Positions 18,325-29,726 of a stretch of DNA of 64,000 nt are shown here, one piece after another. Numbering within the stretch: the first letter of the stretch is position 1; the number at the start of each line of letters is the position of its first letter. Location: positions 157,644-221,643 of the IMG/VR virus record IMGVR_UViG_3300026292_000003; one strand, given 5' to 3'. The notes beneath the pieces were generated by a model that saw only the letters and a program-made list of their open reading frames with translations, ran no database searches and was not told where the DNA came from. The position numbers were made by a program, and so were the translations under genes.

Positions 18325-18794
18325 TGAGTATTCAAAATAATGATTTAGAAGATTTAATATCTACTGTAGTAAGCATAGACCAATATAAAAGTAAAATTGG
18401 TAAAGATGAGAATGTAGTGGTAATAGCATTTGATATAAAAGATAGCGACCCTGCAAAAGATTTAAGTCAATTTATTGAAACAGGACATGAATGTATTGAT
18501 GTAGATGTTTCACCTGGACCAACTAAAGATGGTACATATAAAGTTTTTATAGAATTAGAAAGAAATAGTAAGTTATTTGATTCTATTGATAAGATATTAA
18601 AAGACATTTCAAGAGTTGATAATTTAGCAAAGGATTTTAGATTTAAAGCATACAAGAGTGGTGATGTTCCTAAATCATGGAGCAAAGACAACTTTGAAAG
18701 GTTTGTTATTAGTAGCAGTTACGATTATCTATTAGCAAATAATTCAGAAGCTAAAAACATCACAGAAAGACTAAAATTCTTAAATAAATATTAG
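18324..18794 (+). CDS. Conserved jumbo-phage hypothetical protein
   Basis: TAATG-coupled; IDQYKSKIG...DVDVSPG. Confidence 0.75.
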   Translation: MSIQNNDLEDLISTVVSIDQYKSKIGKDENVVVIAFDIKDSDPAKDLSQFIETGHECIDVDVSPGPTKDGTYKVFIELERNSKLFDSIDKILKDISRVDNLAKDFRFKAYKSGDVPKSWSKDNFERFVISSSYDYLLANNSEAKNITERLKFLNKY

Positions 18795-18797
18795 CAC

Positions 18798-19016
18798 ATG
18801 GCAAAACAAGAATCTATTAAATTTTCTGGTCGTGTGTTAGACTCGTTACCGGGTTCCTTTTTTAAAGTGGAACTAGATAACGGACACAAAATAACAGGTG
18901 TTATGAGTGGAAAGATCAGAAAAAATAATATCAAGATTTTGCCTGGCGATAAGGTTGACATAGAAATGTCACCATACGATCTTAGTAAAGGTCGTATAGT
19001 TTTTAGGTATAAATAA
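18798..19016 (+). CDS. infA: Translation initiation factor IF-1
   Basis: 72 aa; [43 protein letters not shown]. Confidence 0.95.
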   Translation: MAKQESIKFSGRVLDSLPGSFFKVELDNGHKITGVMSGKIRKNNIKILPGDKVDIEMSPYDLSKGRIVFRYK

Positions 19017-19020
19017 AAAT

Positions 19021-19506
19021 ATGTTTGGAATATTTGGAAGACTAAAAGTTTATTTTATAATGTTTGCGGCATTCGCAGTATTTGCCGGAGTCGCTTATTG
19101 GTACTATCAAAGTACACAAAAGCAGATTATAGCATATGCTAAAAATCAAGCAACATTAGAAACTACTGTAGAACTGCAAAAGCAGACTACATTAGCTCTA
19201 CAAAAAGACCTAAAGAAAGCAAATGATGCATTAGTAACACTAACTGACGAATTTGCTGAAAGTAGAAAAAACGTTAAAGAATTGGAAACAATCTTTAATC
19301 AATCTAAAGATGGAACTAAAAGAGACTTCGGTGAAGAATCAATTAAGAACCCAGAATATATTGAGGGCGAAATTAATAAAGGTTCAAATCAAGTTTTCAG
19401 ATGTTTTGAATTATTAAGTGGGCAGAAGCCTATGGAAGGTGATAAAAATGAAGAACAGTATATTAATTGTATTAATGGCACTACTAACTCTAACGGGTTG
19501 CAGTAG
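19021..19506 (+). CDS. Inner-membrane spanin (Rz-like)
   Basis: N-terminal TM helix, coiled coil, C-terminal Cys; overlaps lipoprotein gene. Confidence 0.7.
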   Translation: MFGIFGRLKVYFIMFAAFAVFAGVAYWYYQSTQKQIIAYAKNQATLETTVELQKQTTLALQKDLKKANDALVTLTDEFAESRKNVKELETIFNQSKDGTKRDFGEESIKNPEYIEGEINKGSNQVFRCFELLSGQKPMEGDKNEEQYINCINGTTNSNGLQ

Positions 19507-19810
19507 TCTAAAAGTACCACAAATACTAAAAGTTAACACAGCACCTATAGAGAAACATTCTTTAAAACTCCCTAAGGTTGATCAATATGATGCAAGATCA
19601 TTGGAGTGGATAGTTCTTACTCCTGACAATGTAGACGAAGTGTTTGCAAAACTAAAAGCTAATAACATAGACCTCGTACTTTTTGCTGTAACTGATGATG
19701 GATACCAAAACTTATCGCTTAATATGGCTGATATAATTAAATTGGTAAAACAACAAAAATCCATTATAGCGGCTTACGAAAAGTACTTGGACAATGAAGA
19801 AGCTCAATAA
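19448..19810 (+). CDS. Outer-membrane spanin lipoprotein (Rz1-like)
   Basis: [18 protein letters not shown] lipobox; overlaps Rz-like gene. Confidence 0.7.
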   Translation: MKNSILIVLMALLTLTGCSSLKVPQILKVNTAPIEKHSLKLPKVDQYDARSLEWIVLTPDNVDEVFAKLKANNIDLVLFAVTDDGYQNLSLNMADIIKLVKQQKSIIAAYEKYLDNEEAQ

Positions 19811-20471
19811 TCCTTGGTATATTCTTGGCGTTGAACCTAACGCATCGCTTACCGCGATAAAAAAAGCATATAAAAGATTAGCAATTAGAATGCACCCAGA
19901 CAAAGGTGGCTCTGTAGCTGATTGGTTAAATGTAAGTCAAGCATATGAAAAGATTTTAAAGAAAGAACACGTACCTGTAAAGAAAGGTAAAGATGTTAAA
20001 TATGTTGATATATACTTAACTATACAACAACAAATAAATGGTTTTGAAGGCTTTGTAGTAATAGATGAAGAAAAAGAATTATATTTAAAAGTAAAAATAC
20101 CAGCAGGTGCATTAAGAAATGATAAGTTTAGAGTAATACACAATGCTAAAAAGTACATTATAAATATTAAAGAAAAAGCAGATAAAGTCTTTACAAGACA
20201 AGGAAATAATGTTATAGTATATAAAAAGTTAGATATAATAGACATAATGAAACAAAAACCGTTTGTTGTTATATCTCCTTTAGGTGAATATCTCGAAGTA
20301 CAAATTCCACCAAATACAGATTCTGGAAGTATAATTGTCGTAAAAGGACAAGGCTTATACAACAGAAGAACAAAGAAAAGAGGAAACTTAAGAATTAACG
20401 TGAAAGTAAATATACCCACAGTGAACAAAGATAATGTTCAACAAATTATAAAAAGATTAAAAGATGACTGA
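19794..20471 (+). CDS. DnaJ/CbpA-type co-chaperone
   Basis: J domain [18 protein letters not shown]; DnaJ C-terminal domain GQGL..RGNL. Confidence 0.9.
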   Translation: MKKLNNPWYILGVEPNASLTAIKKAYKRLAIRMHPDKGGSVADWLNVSQAYEKILKKEHVPVKKGKDVKYVDIYLTIQQQINGFEGFVVIDEEKELYLKVKIPAGALRNDKFRVIHNAKKYIINIKEKADKVFTRQGNNVIVYKKLDIIDIMKQKPFVVISPLGEYLEVQIPPNTDSGSIIVVKGQGLYNRRTKKRGNLRINVKVNIPTVNKDNVQQIIKRLKDD

Positions 20472-22725
20472 TATAGAAAAAATTGTTATAACTGCTATTA
20501 ACCTAGCAAAGAAATTTAGACACGAGTATGTTACTATTGAACATTTGTCGGCTGTTATATTAGATGACCCAGAAGTTCAAGCAATGTGTTATGAAGTACA
20601 AGCAGATCATGAACAGTTACAAATTTCATTAGTAAATTATTTAGAGCATGATTGTAAAGAATTAATAAAAAGTAAAAAAGAAGAACCTAATCCATTTAAG
20701 ACTCAAATGTTAGAAAGGGTTTTTAACAGAGCATTAACTCAAGCATTGTTTCAAGGTAAGAAAGCAATTAATCAGTTAGATTTAGTATTAAGTATATTAG
20801 GTGAAGAACATAGTGTTGCGGCAACATATGCAGATCAATGTGGACTTAATAAAAATAAAGTTATGGCTTGGATGCAAGATACAGCTCAAGCACAAATTGA
20901 TACAATATTTACAGCCATGCCACCAGGTATGGATCCTTATGGACACAATGGTCCACAAACTCCACTTGCAGTATTAAATCAATATTGTAATAATCTAAAT
21001 GAAGCAAGTCAAGACTTTGATGATGTAGTAGGGCGTAGAGATGTGTTAAGAGATTTAGTTCAAACTGTAGCACGTAAGAAAAAATCAAATGCAGTATTAA
21101 CAGGAGGCAGTGGTGTAGGTAAAACAGCCATTGTACAAGGATTAGCAAAATTAATTGTAGAAGGTAAAGTTCCTGAAGTTATAAAAAGTAAAACTGTATG
21201 GGAACTTGATATGACAAAACTAGTAGCTGGTACAAAATACAGAGGTGACTTTGAAGAACGTATGAAGCAATTAGGAGAAGCATTACGAAAACAACCAGAC
21301 ATTATTTTATTCATAGATGAGATACATCAAATAATTGGTGCAGGTAGTACAAATCAATCAATGGACGCAGGTAATATGTTAAAGCCTGCATTAGCAAGTG
21401 GAACATTAAAAGTTATTGGTGCTACAACAGATGAAGAATATAGAAGAGTATTTGAGAAAGAAACTGCATTAGCACGTAGGTTTACAAAAGTATCAGTAGA
21501 TGAACCTAGTGTAAAAGATGCTAAAGAAGTATTAAAACATACTATAGTTTCTTATGAAGGATATCATGATGTAGAAATTACAGATGAGGCTTGTGAACTA
21601 GCAGTTGATTTAAGTCATCAATATATGTTTAATAAAAAGTTACCAGATAAAGCATTTGACATAGTTGATAGAGCCTGTGCATATAATACAATATTACCAG
21701 TAAAAGATAGATTAAAGGTTATTGGTGTAGATGAAATTAGAGCAGAAGTATCTAAACTTACTACAATACCTGAAGAACATTTAGGACTTTCAAAAGATAA
21801 AGAAACTGCTACTAAACATAGCGAAGTAAGATCATTCTTAGAAAAAACTGTATTTGGACAACAAGGTGCTATTAATCGTGTAGTTGATAGTATTACAGTT
21901 AGTATGGCAGGATTAAAAGATCCTGTTAAACCTATTGCAAGTTATTTGTTTACTGGTCCAACTGGTGTTGGTAAAACAGAATTAGCAAAAAGATTAGCAC
22001 AAGCAATGACTATGAAACTGGTACGTTATGATATGGCAGAATATCAAGAACGTCATACAGTATCAAAACTTATTGGATCACCTCCAGGATATGTAGGGTT
22101 TGCAGATGGAAAAGCAGGTGATGGTTTATTAATTACACAACTAGAAGATAATCCAAATTGTGTACTATTATTAGACGAAGTAGAAAAAGCACACCCAGAC
22201 TTAATGAGTGTATTATTAAGTTTATTAGACGAGGGTACAATTACAAGTAGTACTGGTAAAATAGTAAATGCAAAAAATGCAATAATTATTATGACTAGTA
22301 ACTTAGGTGCCAGAGATGCGTCAATTAAAAGTATAGGTTTTAACGAAGAAACTTATAATCACAAAGCAGTAGATGAAGCAATAAACAATTACTTCTCGCC
22401 AGAATTTCGTAATAGGCTTGATGGTATAGTAAAATTTAATTCATTATCACGTGAGAATATGAACAGTATTGTTATTAAATTCTTAAATGAATTAGAGAGT
22501 TATGTAGCTCAAAGAAACATAGAAATTTCTTGGGGTCCTGCATTACAAACTATGCTAGAAGATAAAGGGTATGATCCTCAGATGGGAGCAAGGCCTTTAG
22601 CAAGACTAATTAACGAAAAAGTAAAACTTCCATTAGCTAAATACTTACTAGATAGAGAAGGTAAGAAAAAGCTAAACTTAACAGTTGATTGGAAGAAAGA
22701 CGAGCTAGTAATTAATGGAAAATAA
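20464..22725 (+). CDS. clpA: ClpA-type AAA+ unfoldase
   Basis: Two AAA modules ([15 protein letters not shown]; [15 protein letters not shown]), GTKYRG and GYVG pore loops, IGF loop, no ClpB M-domain. Confidence 0.9.
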   Translation: MTDIEKIVITAINLAKKFRHEYVTIEHLSAVILDDPEVQAMCYEVQADHEQLQISLVNYLEHDCKELIKSKKEEPNPFKTQMLERVFNRALTQALFQGKKAINQLDLVLSILGEEHSVAATYADQCGLNKNKVMAWMQDTAQAQIDTIFTAMPPGMDPYGHNGPQTPLAVLNQYCNNLNEASQDFDDVVGRRDVLRDLVQTVARKKKSNAVLTGGSGVGKTAIVQGLAKLIVEGKVPEVIKSKTVWELDMTKLVAGTKYRGDFEERMKQLGEALRKQPDIILFIDEIHQIIGAGSTNQSMDAGNMLKPALASGTLKVIGATTDEEYRRVFEKETALARRFTKVSVDEPSVKDAKEVLKHTIVSYEGYHDVEITDEACELAVDLSHQYMFNKKLPDKAFDIVDRACAYNTILPVKDRLKVIGVDEIRAEVSKLTTIPEEHLGLSKDKETATKHSEVRSFLEKTVFGQQGAINRVVDSITVSMAGLKDPVKPIASYLFTGPTGVGKTELAKRLAQAMTMKLVRYDMAEYQERHTVSKLIGSPPGYVGFADGKAGDGLLITQLEDNPNCVLLLDEVEKAHPDLMSVLLSLLDEGTITSSTGKIVNAKNAIIIMTSNLGARDASIKSIGFNEETYNHKAVDEAINNYFSPEFRNRLDGIVKFNSLSRENMNSIVIKFLNELESYVAQRNIEISWGPALQTMLEDKGYDPQMGARPLARLINEKVKLPLAKYLLDREGKKKLNLTVDWKKDELVINGK

Positions 22726-23338
22726 ACCAACATTAAAATTATTTTATGGATTATATGATACTTGTATTAAGTTAAATTCCATTCCGCTAGGCTACGAATT
22801 CAGTTATAACAAATTTTCAAAAGATGCTCACTTTCCAGGTTGGAGAGGTGTAAAGCATATTAATAGAAGCAAATCAACATATGATTGTTTAGTATATACA
22901 TCAAGCAAATATATAATCAATGATATATTAAAAAATGATTTTTTACAAAGTAAGATAGTATCTATACAACGTCCTATAAGTCAAAAGCATAAAGAAATGT
23001 TAAAGAAGAAAGATAGGAAAGTTATTTTAAGAGAATCTCTATGGTTTGGCAAATATAAGCATAGAGTACAATGCACTCATAATTGGGATAGACCAGTTAC
23101 AAAAGATGAGAGCTTTGAAATAGTACAATGGATATATAATAATTTTAAAAAATCTGAAACACGTATAGTTAATACTATGGGAGCTTATTTAGGTTATCAC
23201 AGAAAAAACCAACGATTAGCACCTATTCCTACAGTTTTTACTACAAACGAAGAGACTATAATGTTGTTTAAACTAACATTTAGTGATCGTTTGAACATGA
23301 ATATAGAAACAATCATTCAGGTAAACGATATAGATTAG
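22715..23338 (+). CDS. Hypothetical protein
   Basis: 207-aa ORF overlapping clpA stop. Confidence 0.7.
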   Translation: MENKPTLKLFYGLYDTCIKLNSIPLGYEFSYNKFSKDAHFPGWRGVKHINRSKSTYDCLVYTSSKYIINDILKNDFLQSKIVSIQRPISQKHKEMLKKKDRKVILRESLWFGKYKHRVQCTHNWDRPVTKDESFEIVQWIYNNFKKSETRIVNTMGAYLGYHRKNQRLAPIPTVFTTNEETIMLFKLTFSDRLNMNIETIIQVNDID

Positions 23339-23368
23339 ATAAATACTTGTAGATACAGGAGAACATAC

Positions 23369-23740
23369 ATGGCTAGTTCCATAATTTTATTAACAAATAA
23401 GAACGAATTATCATATACAAGTAACGCCGTTAAAGGCGACGGTTACTACGGTTTTAGTGATGGCTTACATACTATGAGCTTTCACGTAGTAAACTTTACA
23501 GGTAGAATACATTTAGAAGCTACAATCGTTGAGAATCCTACTGATGACGATTGGTTCCCTATCGAACTAGACGCAGTAACTCCTTATTACCAATTCACCG
23601 CTGAAACTGCAACCAAAGGTATTAGTTTTGAAGGAAACTTTGTATATTTAAGATGCAAAGTGGATAGAGCATACTTAGGTGCAAACTCATATGATCCTGC
23701 ATTACATGGTTCAATTGACAAAGTGGTGGTTCTACTATAG
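23369..23740 (+). CDS. Probable virion structural protein
   Basis: Late motif GATAAATA and AGGAG SD; beta-rich. Confidence 0.6.
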   Translation: MASSIILLTNKNELSYTSNAVKGDGYYGFSDGLHTMSFHVVNFTGRIHLEATIVENPTDDDWFPIELDAVTPYYQFTAETATKGISFEGNFVYLRCKVDRAYLGANSYDPALHGSIDKVVVLL

Positions 23741-23750
23741 GAGATAAACT

Positions 23751-25757
23751 TTGGCCATTAAAGCATTCAGCGGCGGTATTCAAAATCAACCATTACCAGA
23801 AATTAACCTAGCTAATATTGCAGACGGTGATATCCTAGTCTATGATGTAAGCACAAAAGCATTTGAGAACACCGCAGGTAGTTTTACTACATTAGACCAA
23901 GTTAATGCTCTTATAGCAAACATTAACAGTGGTGGAACAGTAGATTTAAGTAACTATGCTACCACAGCCTCACTTTCTACAGAAGTCACAAATTTGACAG
24001 CTTTAATTAACTCTAAGACTACTGAATCTTATGTAGATGCACAGATAGCCGCACTTCCTGGACCTACTGATTTAACTAACTATGTTACAAATTCAGATCT
24101 TGCGGCGGCAATAGCAAACTTTGATACTAGCACAGAAATTGATGGAAAAATTAATACGGCTATTGCAAACGCCACATTCTTTGATGGCGATTACAATAAC
24201 CTTTTTAACACTCCCCAAATTCCATCATTAACTGGATATGCTACACAAGTTTGGGTACAACAACAAATTAATGCTATACCCGGTGGCGGTGGAGGTGGTT
24301 CAACAACACTAGATGGATTAACTGATGTTGATACTACAAGTGCAACAGCAGGTCAAGTATTAAAATATGATGGTAATTCATGGGCACCAGCAGATGATGC
24401 AACAACTGGAGGTGGCGGAACTGATGCAGATACATTAGATGGTTTTGATAGTTCTTATTATTTAGATTATACTAACTTTACTAATACTCCAGCTCCTGTT
24501 ACACCATTTAGTGGTGACTATGCAGACCTAACAAACAAGCCAACATTATTTGATGGAGCATATGCTTCGTTAAGTGGTGCACCAACTGTTCCAACAGATT
24601 TAAGTGATTTAACTGATACAACTAATTTATTATCAGGTGCGGCTTATACTGATGCAAGTGTAGATATACATATTAATAAAGCATCAGCGGCATCTGGTCA
24701 AGTATTAGGTTGGGATGGTTCAGATTATGTTTGGGTTAACAATGCAGGTGGAGGCGGCGGTGCTACTTCTTTAGGTGGACTAACAGATGTAAGTAATACT
24801 GCACCATCATCAGGAATGGTTTTAAAATGGAATGGTACTGAATGGGCTCCAGCAGTTGACGCAACTACAGGCGTTGGTGGAAGTAACTATGCAACAGAAT
24901 CTTATGTAGATCAAAAATTAACAGAACGTGGACCACATTTTAGTGGTGACTATAATGATTTAACAAACACACCTGTTTTATTCTCAGGTGACTATACTGA
25001 CTTACTTAACAAACCAGCAGGTAATGCAGATTTAAGTTTACAACTTGTTGGTACTGATTTACAATTATTAAATATAGAACCTGATCCAGATACAATTATT
25101 AGTTCAGTAAGTTTATCTTCATTAGGTGCGGCGATAGGTACTAGTATAGATTATACAGATTTACAAAACTTACCTAACTTGTTTAGCGGTGACTATAATG
25201 ATTTAGTTAATAGACCAAATTTATTCTCAGGCAATTATGATGATTTAGCAAATAAACCAGTAGTACCTAGTATTGCAGGATTAGCATCTACTGCTTATGT
25301 TGATGCGGCAGTTACTGGTGCAACAACAGGAGATAAAGTATTTGAAGGTAACGTAAGTCAAGTAGCAAAAGTTTCTAATGTTGTTGCGGCATCGCAAGAT
25401 AATTATATTATATCTATTACAACAACAGATGCAACAATTACTGAAGCATTATTAATGAGTGGTAATAGAATAGAAATTGAAGATAATAGTACAGTTATGT
25501 ACGATATTCATGTTGTAGGTGCAGATAGCACAGAACATCATGGTGTAAAAATTAAAGGAATCATAGATAGAACTAGTGGAACTACCGCATTAGTTGGTAC
25601 TCCTGCTAAAGAAATATTAGTAGAAAATGATGATGGGTGGAATGCAGACGTTATTGCAGACACCGTAAATGGTAGTTTAAAGATTACAGTTCAAGGAGAA
25701 GCAAGTAGATCCGTACAATGGACTATATTTGTGGAACTAAAAACCGTAAAAAGATAG
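23751..25757 (+). CDS. Tail-fibre/virion fibre protein
   Basis: Repeats F(S/D)GDYxDLxNxP and LxGLTDV...GQVLKxxGxxW; Gly linkers; acidic, T/A/G-rich. Confidence 0.7.
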   Translation: MAIKAFSGGIQNQPLPEINLANIADGDILVYDVSTKAFENTAGSFTTLDQVNALIANINSGGTVDLSNYATTASLSTEVTNLTALINSKTTESYVDAQIAALPGPTDLTNYVTNSDLAAAIANFDTSTEIDGKINTAIANATFFDGDYNNLFNTPQIPSLTGYATQVWVQQQINAIPGGGGGGSTTLDGLTDVDTTSATAGQVLKYDGNSWAPADDATTGGGGTDADTLDGFDSSYYLDYTNFTNTPAPVTPFSGDYADLTNKPTLFDGAYASLSGAPTVPTDLSDLTDTTNLLSGAAYTDASVDIHINKASAASGQVLGWDGSDYVWVNNAGGGGGATSLGGLTDVSNTAPSSGMVLKWNGTEWAPAVDATTGVGGSNYATESYVDQKLTERGPHFSGDYNDLTNTPVLFSGDYTDLLNKPAGNADLSLQLVGTDLQLLNIEPDPDTIISSVSLSSLGAAIGTSIDYTDLQNLPNLFSGDYNDLVNRPNLFSGNYDDLANKPVVPSIAGLASTAYVDAAVTGATTGDKVFEGNVSQVAKVSNVVAASQDNYIISITTTDATITEALLMSGNRIEIEDNSTVMYDIHVVGADSTEHHGVKIKGIIDRTSGTTALVGTPAKEILVENDDGWNADVIADTVNGSLKITVQGEASRSVQWTIFVELKTVKR

Positions 25758-25827
25758 CAAAGATGATAAATAAATGTAGTAGCAAAAGCTACAGAACATT
25801 AAATATACATTTTAAGGAGAACTAAAA

Positions 25828-26133
25828 ATGGCAACAAGAAATCCAGCAAACGTAATTGAGTTCGGTAAAGTTAACTTTGGCGCACCTATTACAGTATTCG
25901 CAATCGCATCTGCATCAGGTATCGATGGACAAGTAGCTCCAGGTGAAGACCTAGAGAAATTTGTAGAAGCAGTACAATCAAAAGGTACAGTTATCGGTCT
26001 AGGTGCTGAATCAGGTGGAGCATTCAACTGTTATGTTGAAAACTCTTCTTGGACAGCGGCTGACTTAGAAACAGCAGTTCAAGCATTAGGCGGAACTCTA
26101 GCTTCAGCAACAGTTACTGACGCAGGTCTATAA
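25828..26133 (+). CDS. Probable abundant virion protein
   Basis: GATAAATA, AAGGAG, own terminator; A/G/V-rich. Confidence 0.6.
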   Translation: MATRNPANVIEFGKVNFGAPITVFAIASASGIDGQVAPGEDLEKFVEAVQSKGTVIGLGAESGGAFNCYVENSSWTAADLETAVQALGGTLASATVTDAGL

Positions 26134-26162
26134 TATTTAAATTATAGATATTAAAACAATTC

Positions 26163-26198
26163 AAAAGCCCAGTATACTTAATTGTGTACTGGGCTTTT
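26163..26198 (+). terminator. Rho-independent terminator
   Basis: AAAAGCCCAGTATAC-TTAATT-GTGTACTGGGCTTTT. Confidence 0.85.
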
Positions 26199-26247
26199 CC
26201 TTTGACGATAGATAAATACTATATACACACTATAGGAGTACAATAAA

Positions 26248-26610
26248 ATGTCAACAGATATAAACAAAGACGGTAAAGTTTCATGGCTTGAAGCATTTCC
26301 TTATTGGTTTGATAAATTACGTATATTTCCAAGAATATTCATTTCTATGTATATCTATTTGTTATACAGAGTAACTGAATGGTTTATGGCTTTGCCAGAA
26401 CCAAGTATGCCACAAGCTGGTTTAGTAAGTGTTGTAGTTGGTGCCGGTGCGGCATGGTTTGGACTATATGTAAATAGTACAAGTGAGAATCCAGGTAAAA
26501 TTGTAGTACAAACAACTGCAAGTCCTACTTCAACAAGCGGTTCCTCTTATTCAGGAGCGGCGTCAGCTGAAGCAGAATACTCAGATGAATATAAGGGTGG
26601 AAAATATTAA
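26248..26610 (+). CDS. 2-TM membrane protein with EF-hand-like N-terminus
   Basis: DINKDGKVS; two hydrophobic helices; Ser/Thr tail. Confidence 0.65.
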   Translation: MSTDINKDGKVSWLEAFPYWFDKLRIFPRIFISMYIYLLYRVTEWFMALPEPSMPQAGLVSVVVGAGAAWFGLYVNSTSENPGKIVVQTTASPTSTSGSSYSGAASAEAEYSDEYKGGKY

Positions 26611-27161
26611 TGTATCAACATCATATTATATTAAAAACAAAAGAACCACTGGAAGCCAAACTCGTTGCTGAATGGTTAAAAACAGTAAAAGAGTTTGGAC
26701 CAGATGATATTGCATTTGCATATCAGCACGGTGATCACGAAGTAAGTATGGAATATGGAACAAATGAAGAAAGTCCACTACCGCATAGTTACGTAGTTCC
26801 ATTAAAAAGAGATATGACAGCAGATGAAACATTTGTTGTTGTTTCAGCTTGGGAATACAAATATATGCCAGACTTTAATATAGAAATTTCTAATATGTAT
26901 GATACAATGCAAGACTTTGAAATAGACATCGATGAAGATGTTAAACAAAAAGCAACACTAGATCTTAACAAGTGGCATCATAATAGATGGCGTGACGAAA
27001 TGTTAAAAGAAGGTTGGCATTATGGATTGTACTTTAGTTCAAAAAACAAAAGTCACCCTGCATTAAAAGATTGGGATTCATTACCAGAGAGTCATAGAAG
27101 AAGTCCACAGTTTAACAATAAAGAGATATTTGAATGGTTGCGTAAAAACGGCGTAGCATAA
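26610..27161 (+). CDS. RyR-domain protein
   Basis: HNRWRDEMLKEGWHYG...HPALKDWDSLPE. Confidence 0.75.
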   Translation: MYQHHIILKTKEPLEAKLVAEWLKTVKEFGPDDIAFAYQHGDHEVSMEYGTNEESPLPHSYVVPLKRDMTADETFVVVSAWEYKYMPDFNIEISNMYDTMQDFEIDIDEDVKQKATLDLNKWHHNRWRDEMLKEGWHYGLYFSSKNKSHPALKDWDSLPESHRRSPQFNNKEIFEWLRKNGVA

Positions 27162-27162
27162 A

Positions 27163-28071
27163 ATGATATCTAAAAACGACTTTGTCGTACTTACAGAAGA
27201 CGGACAAATCAAATCAACACAAACTCATTTCCTTATTAAGAATAATCTTACAGATTTTATAAGATGGGATTGCGAAGTATTTTCACACACAAAGAATATC
27301 AATTCACAAACTGGTAAAACAGGTTACACAGCCTGTGGTAATAAATCTACAACTTGTAACGTAGGAATATGCTCGTGTCCTACTGATATATATTTGCCTA
27401 AAGGTTTAAACGAGCATTGGCTTTTTTTATTAAGAGAAAAAGTTAGAAAATTATCTACAAATGACATATTAGATAGTTACCAATTAGAAGATGGTAAAAT
27501 TGTTGCTTGTGGTCAACTAGGATTATTAGTTAATACAAAATTTGTAGTAGACTGGAACTTATTAAGAAGATGTAATTTTTCTTGTACCTATTGTGCTCCA
27601 GATATACACAGTTATACAAGTGAGTTTCCACCTTTTGAACAATTACAAAAAGAATTTAATGATATAAAAATTCCACAAGGTAAAGAAGCATATTTTAACC
27701 TAAATGGTGGTGAACCAACATTACACCCAAATATATTTGACATAGTAAAAATGTGTTACAATGTTGGACACGTAGAACTATTATCAAATGGAACTGCTTC
27801 AGTTTCAATGTATAATGATTTACTTGATTATACTAAAATTAATATAAGTTTACACCACGAATTAATTAACGAAAAACATATGAAAAAATTTGTTAAAATA
27901 GCTGAATTAAATAAAGGTGAATTAGTGTTTAAATACTTTAATACATTTGACGAAGAAAAATACAAAGAATACTTGGATAAATTATCAACATTTAACCATG
28001 TATCAATTATTACCAACAAACGTCTTATCTTACGTGGTCAACGTAACCAAGATAAATCTTGGGCAACATAG
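27163..28071 (+). CDS. Radical SAM protein with N-terminal Cys-rich segment
   Basis: CNFSCTYC, GGEPTLHP, SNG; N-terminal C..C..CxC..D. Confidence 0.85.
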   Translation: MISKNDFVVLTEDGQIKSTQTHFLIKNNLTDFIRWDCEVFSHTKNINSQTGKTGYTACGNKSTTCNVGICSCPTDIYLPKGLNEHWLFLLREKVRKLSTNDILDSYQLEDGKIVACGQLGLLVNTKFVVDWNLLRRCNFSCTYCAPDIHSYTSEFPPFEQLQKEFNDIKIPQGKEAYFNLNGGEPTLHPNIFDIVKMCYNVGHVELLSNGTASVSMYNDLLDYTKINISLHHELINEKHMKKFVKIAELNKGELVFKYFNTFDEEKYKEYLDKLSTFNHVSIITNKRLILRGQRNQDKSWAT

Positions 28072-28072
28072 G

Positions 28073-28101
28073 TTGACTTCTATTTTATAATCTGTTATAA
28101 T
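28073..28101 (+). promoter_or_regulatory. sigma70-type promoter
   Basis: TTGACT-N17-TATAAT. Confidence 0.75.
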
Positions 28102-28124
28102 AAAGCTAACAAGGAAGGAAAAAA

Positions 28125-28328
28125 ATGACTAAAACTATAGCATCAATAATCGTCCTAGGATTTCTAGTAGGGTGTAGTGCAATACCAGAAAATCCAAGAA
28201 TGTCTTTTGGTAAGAAATGTTCAGTTACTGAAGAAAATCAGGTTGCATATTCTTATGTATGGTTGTACAATAAAGACTCAGGACTAGAAGCAAATAAAGA
28301 AACTTGTAAAAAATTAGAAGAGAAGTAA
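28125..28328 (+). CDS. Small lipoprotein
   Basis: LVGC lipobox. Confidence 0.7.
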   Translation: MTKTIASIIVLGFLVGCSAIPENPRMSFGKKCSVTEENQVAYSYVWLYNKDSGLEANKETCKKLEEK

Positions 28329-28334
28329 TATATA

Positions 28335-29360
28335 ATGACTTTAGGTAAAGTTGGTTTTGCTTGTAAGTATTTACATCACGATCAAACACAAAAGAAGAAA
28401 ATCCTAGAGGAACTTCAAAGACCACTTACTGAAAAATGTACAACAGTAAGGTGGCTTAATAGTCAACATAGAGATGTAGCAGAGCAAAGGCTATGGGACA
28501 TAATGGTCCATAATAGTCAAGCAGTTTACAACCTAATAGAATATGTTGGCAGTTTACCAGAACGACAGAGAATGGTTAGGCTGGGCAGTAATCAACTGCC
28601 CGTCTATACTCAAGATGATTGGCGATATTTCTGGAAACGCACAGACGTAATTGATTACGCAAATAAGTATTATAGTAGAGCAGGTGAACTTGCAAGGAAA
28701 CTTGGTGTACGTCTTAGTATGCACCCAGGGCAATTTACAGTACTAGCAAGTGATAATCCTGAAATTGTAGAACGTAGTATAGAGGAGTTTGAATATCATG
28801 CGAATATCATCAGGTGGATGGGCTACGGTAAGAGTTGGCAAGACTTCAAGTGTAACGTCCACATCTCAGGCAAAAAAGGTCCAGCCGGTATCAAAGCCGT
28901 CCTTCCAAGATTGTCTACAGAAGCAAGAAACTGTATTACTATTGAAAACGATGAAAACTCGTGGGGCATCGATGCCTCGCTTGAACTTGAGAAGGAGGTA
29001 GCACTCGTTGCAGACATACACCACCACTGGGTTCATAGTGCCGGAGAGTATATACACGTCAATGACGACAGAATTAAACGTATTATTGATTCTTGGCGTG
29101 GCGTTAGGCCTGTGTTGCATTATAGTGTTAGCCGTGAAGATTATATCAACTCGGATAACAAAAGACATAGACCGGACTTTCAAGCCCTTATTGAGCAAGG
29201 ATACAAAAAAGCCAAATTAAGAGCCCATAGCGACTATATGTGGAATACAGCCGTTAACGAATGGGCTGGAACATTCCGTAAAGACTTTGATATCATGGTA
29301 GAAGCTAAAATGAAGAATTTAGCTAGTATCCCATTTGAGGAACAAACAGCTCTTATTTGA
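28335..29360 (+). CDS. uvsE: UV damage endonuclease
   Basis: GFACK, RLSMHPGQF, IENDE, DIHHH, RAHSD, DIMVEAKMK. Confidence 0.93.
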   Translation: MTLGKVGFACKYLHHDQTQKKKILEELQRPLTEKCTTVRWLNSQHRDVAEQRLWDIMVHNSQAVYNLIEYVGSLPERQRMVRLGSNQLPVYTQDDWRYFWKRTDVIDYANKYYSRAGELARKLGVRLSMHPGQFTVLASDNPEIVERSIEEFEYHANIIRWMGYGKSWQDFKCNVHISGKKGPAGIKAVLPRLSTEARNCITIENDENSWGIDASLELEKEVALVADIHHHWVHSAGEYIHVNDDRIKRIIDSWRGVRPVLHYSVSREDYINSDNKRHRPDFQALIEQGYKKAKLRAHSDYMWNTAVNEWAGTFRKDFDIMVEAKMKNLASIPFEEQTALI

Positions 29361-29386
29361 TAAATACTACAAATAGGAGATACATT

Positions 29387-29725
29387 ATGAATGATATTCA
29401 AAGATTAAAAGAACTTTCAGGCATCATATCTGAAGCACCAAAACCCGTAGCAAAAATAAGCCAAGGCGGATTTATGGACTGGAAATATTCTAGTCGTGAT
29501 GATATAATAGACTTGGGACATAGTGTAGCCGACTCATTAAAAGTAGAGGGTACATATACTCACGATTTAAACAAAGAATGGGAACAAACTGGTTACATTA
29601 ATTTAGCTATGATACAGAATTGGGAAGAAATCAAAGGACAAATTCCAAGTGAAGATTTAGAACAAATTTTAGAAGATGAAGAAATTATCGAACCTGCAAG
29701 ATGGTTAGATGTAGATTGGGTTTAA
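29387..29725 (+). CDS. Putative internal head protein
   Basis: GATAAATA, AGGAG; MNDIQRLKELSGIISE leader. Confidence 0.6.
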   Translation: MNDIQRLKELSGIISEAPKPVAKISQGGFMDWKYSSRDDIIDLGHSVADSLKVEGTYTHDLNKEWEQTGYINLAMIQNWEEIKGQIPSEDLEQILEDEEIIEPARWLDVDWV

Positions 29726-29726
29726 T

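Noticed and set aside
20464-22725. ClpB call
   Set aside because: No coiled-coil middle domain, and an IGF ClpP-docking loop is present, so ClpA-like.
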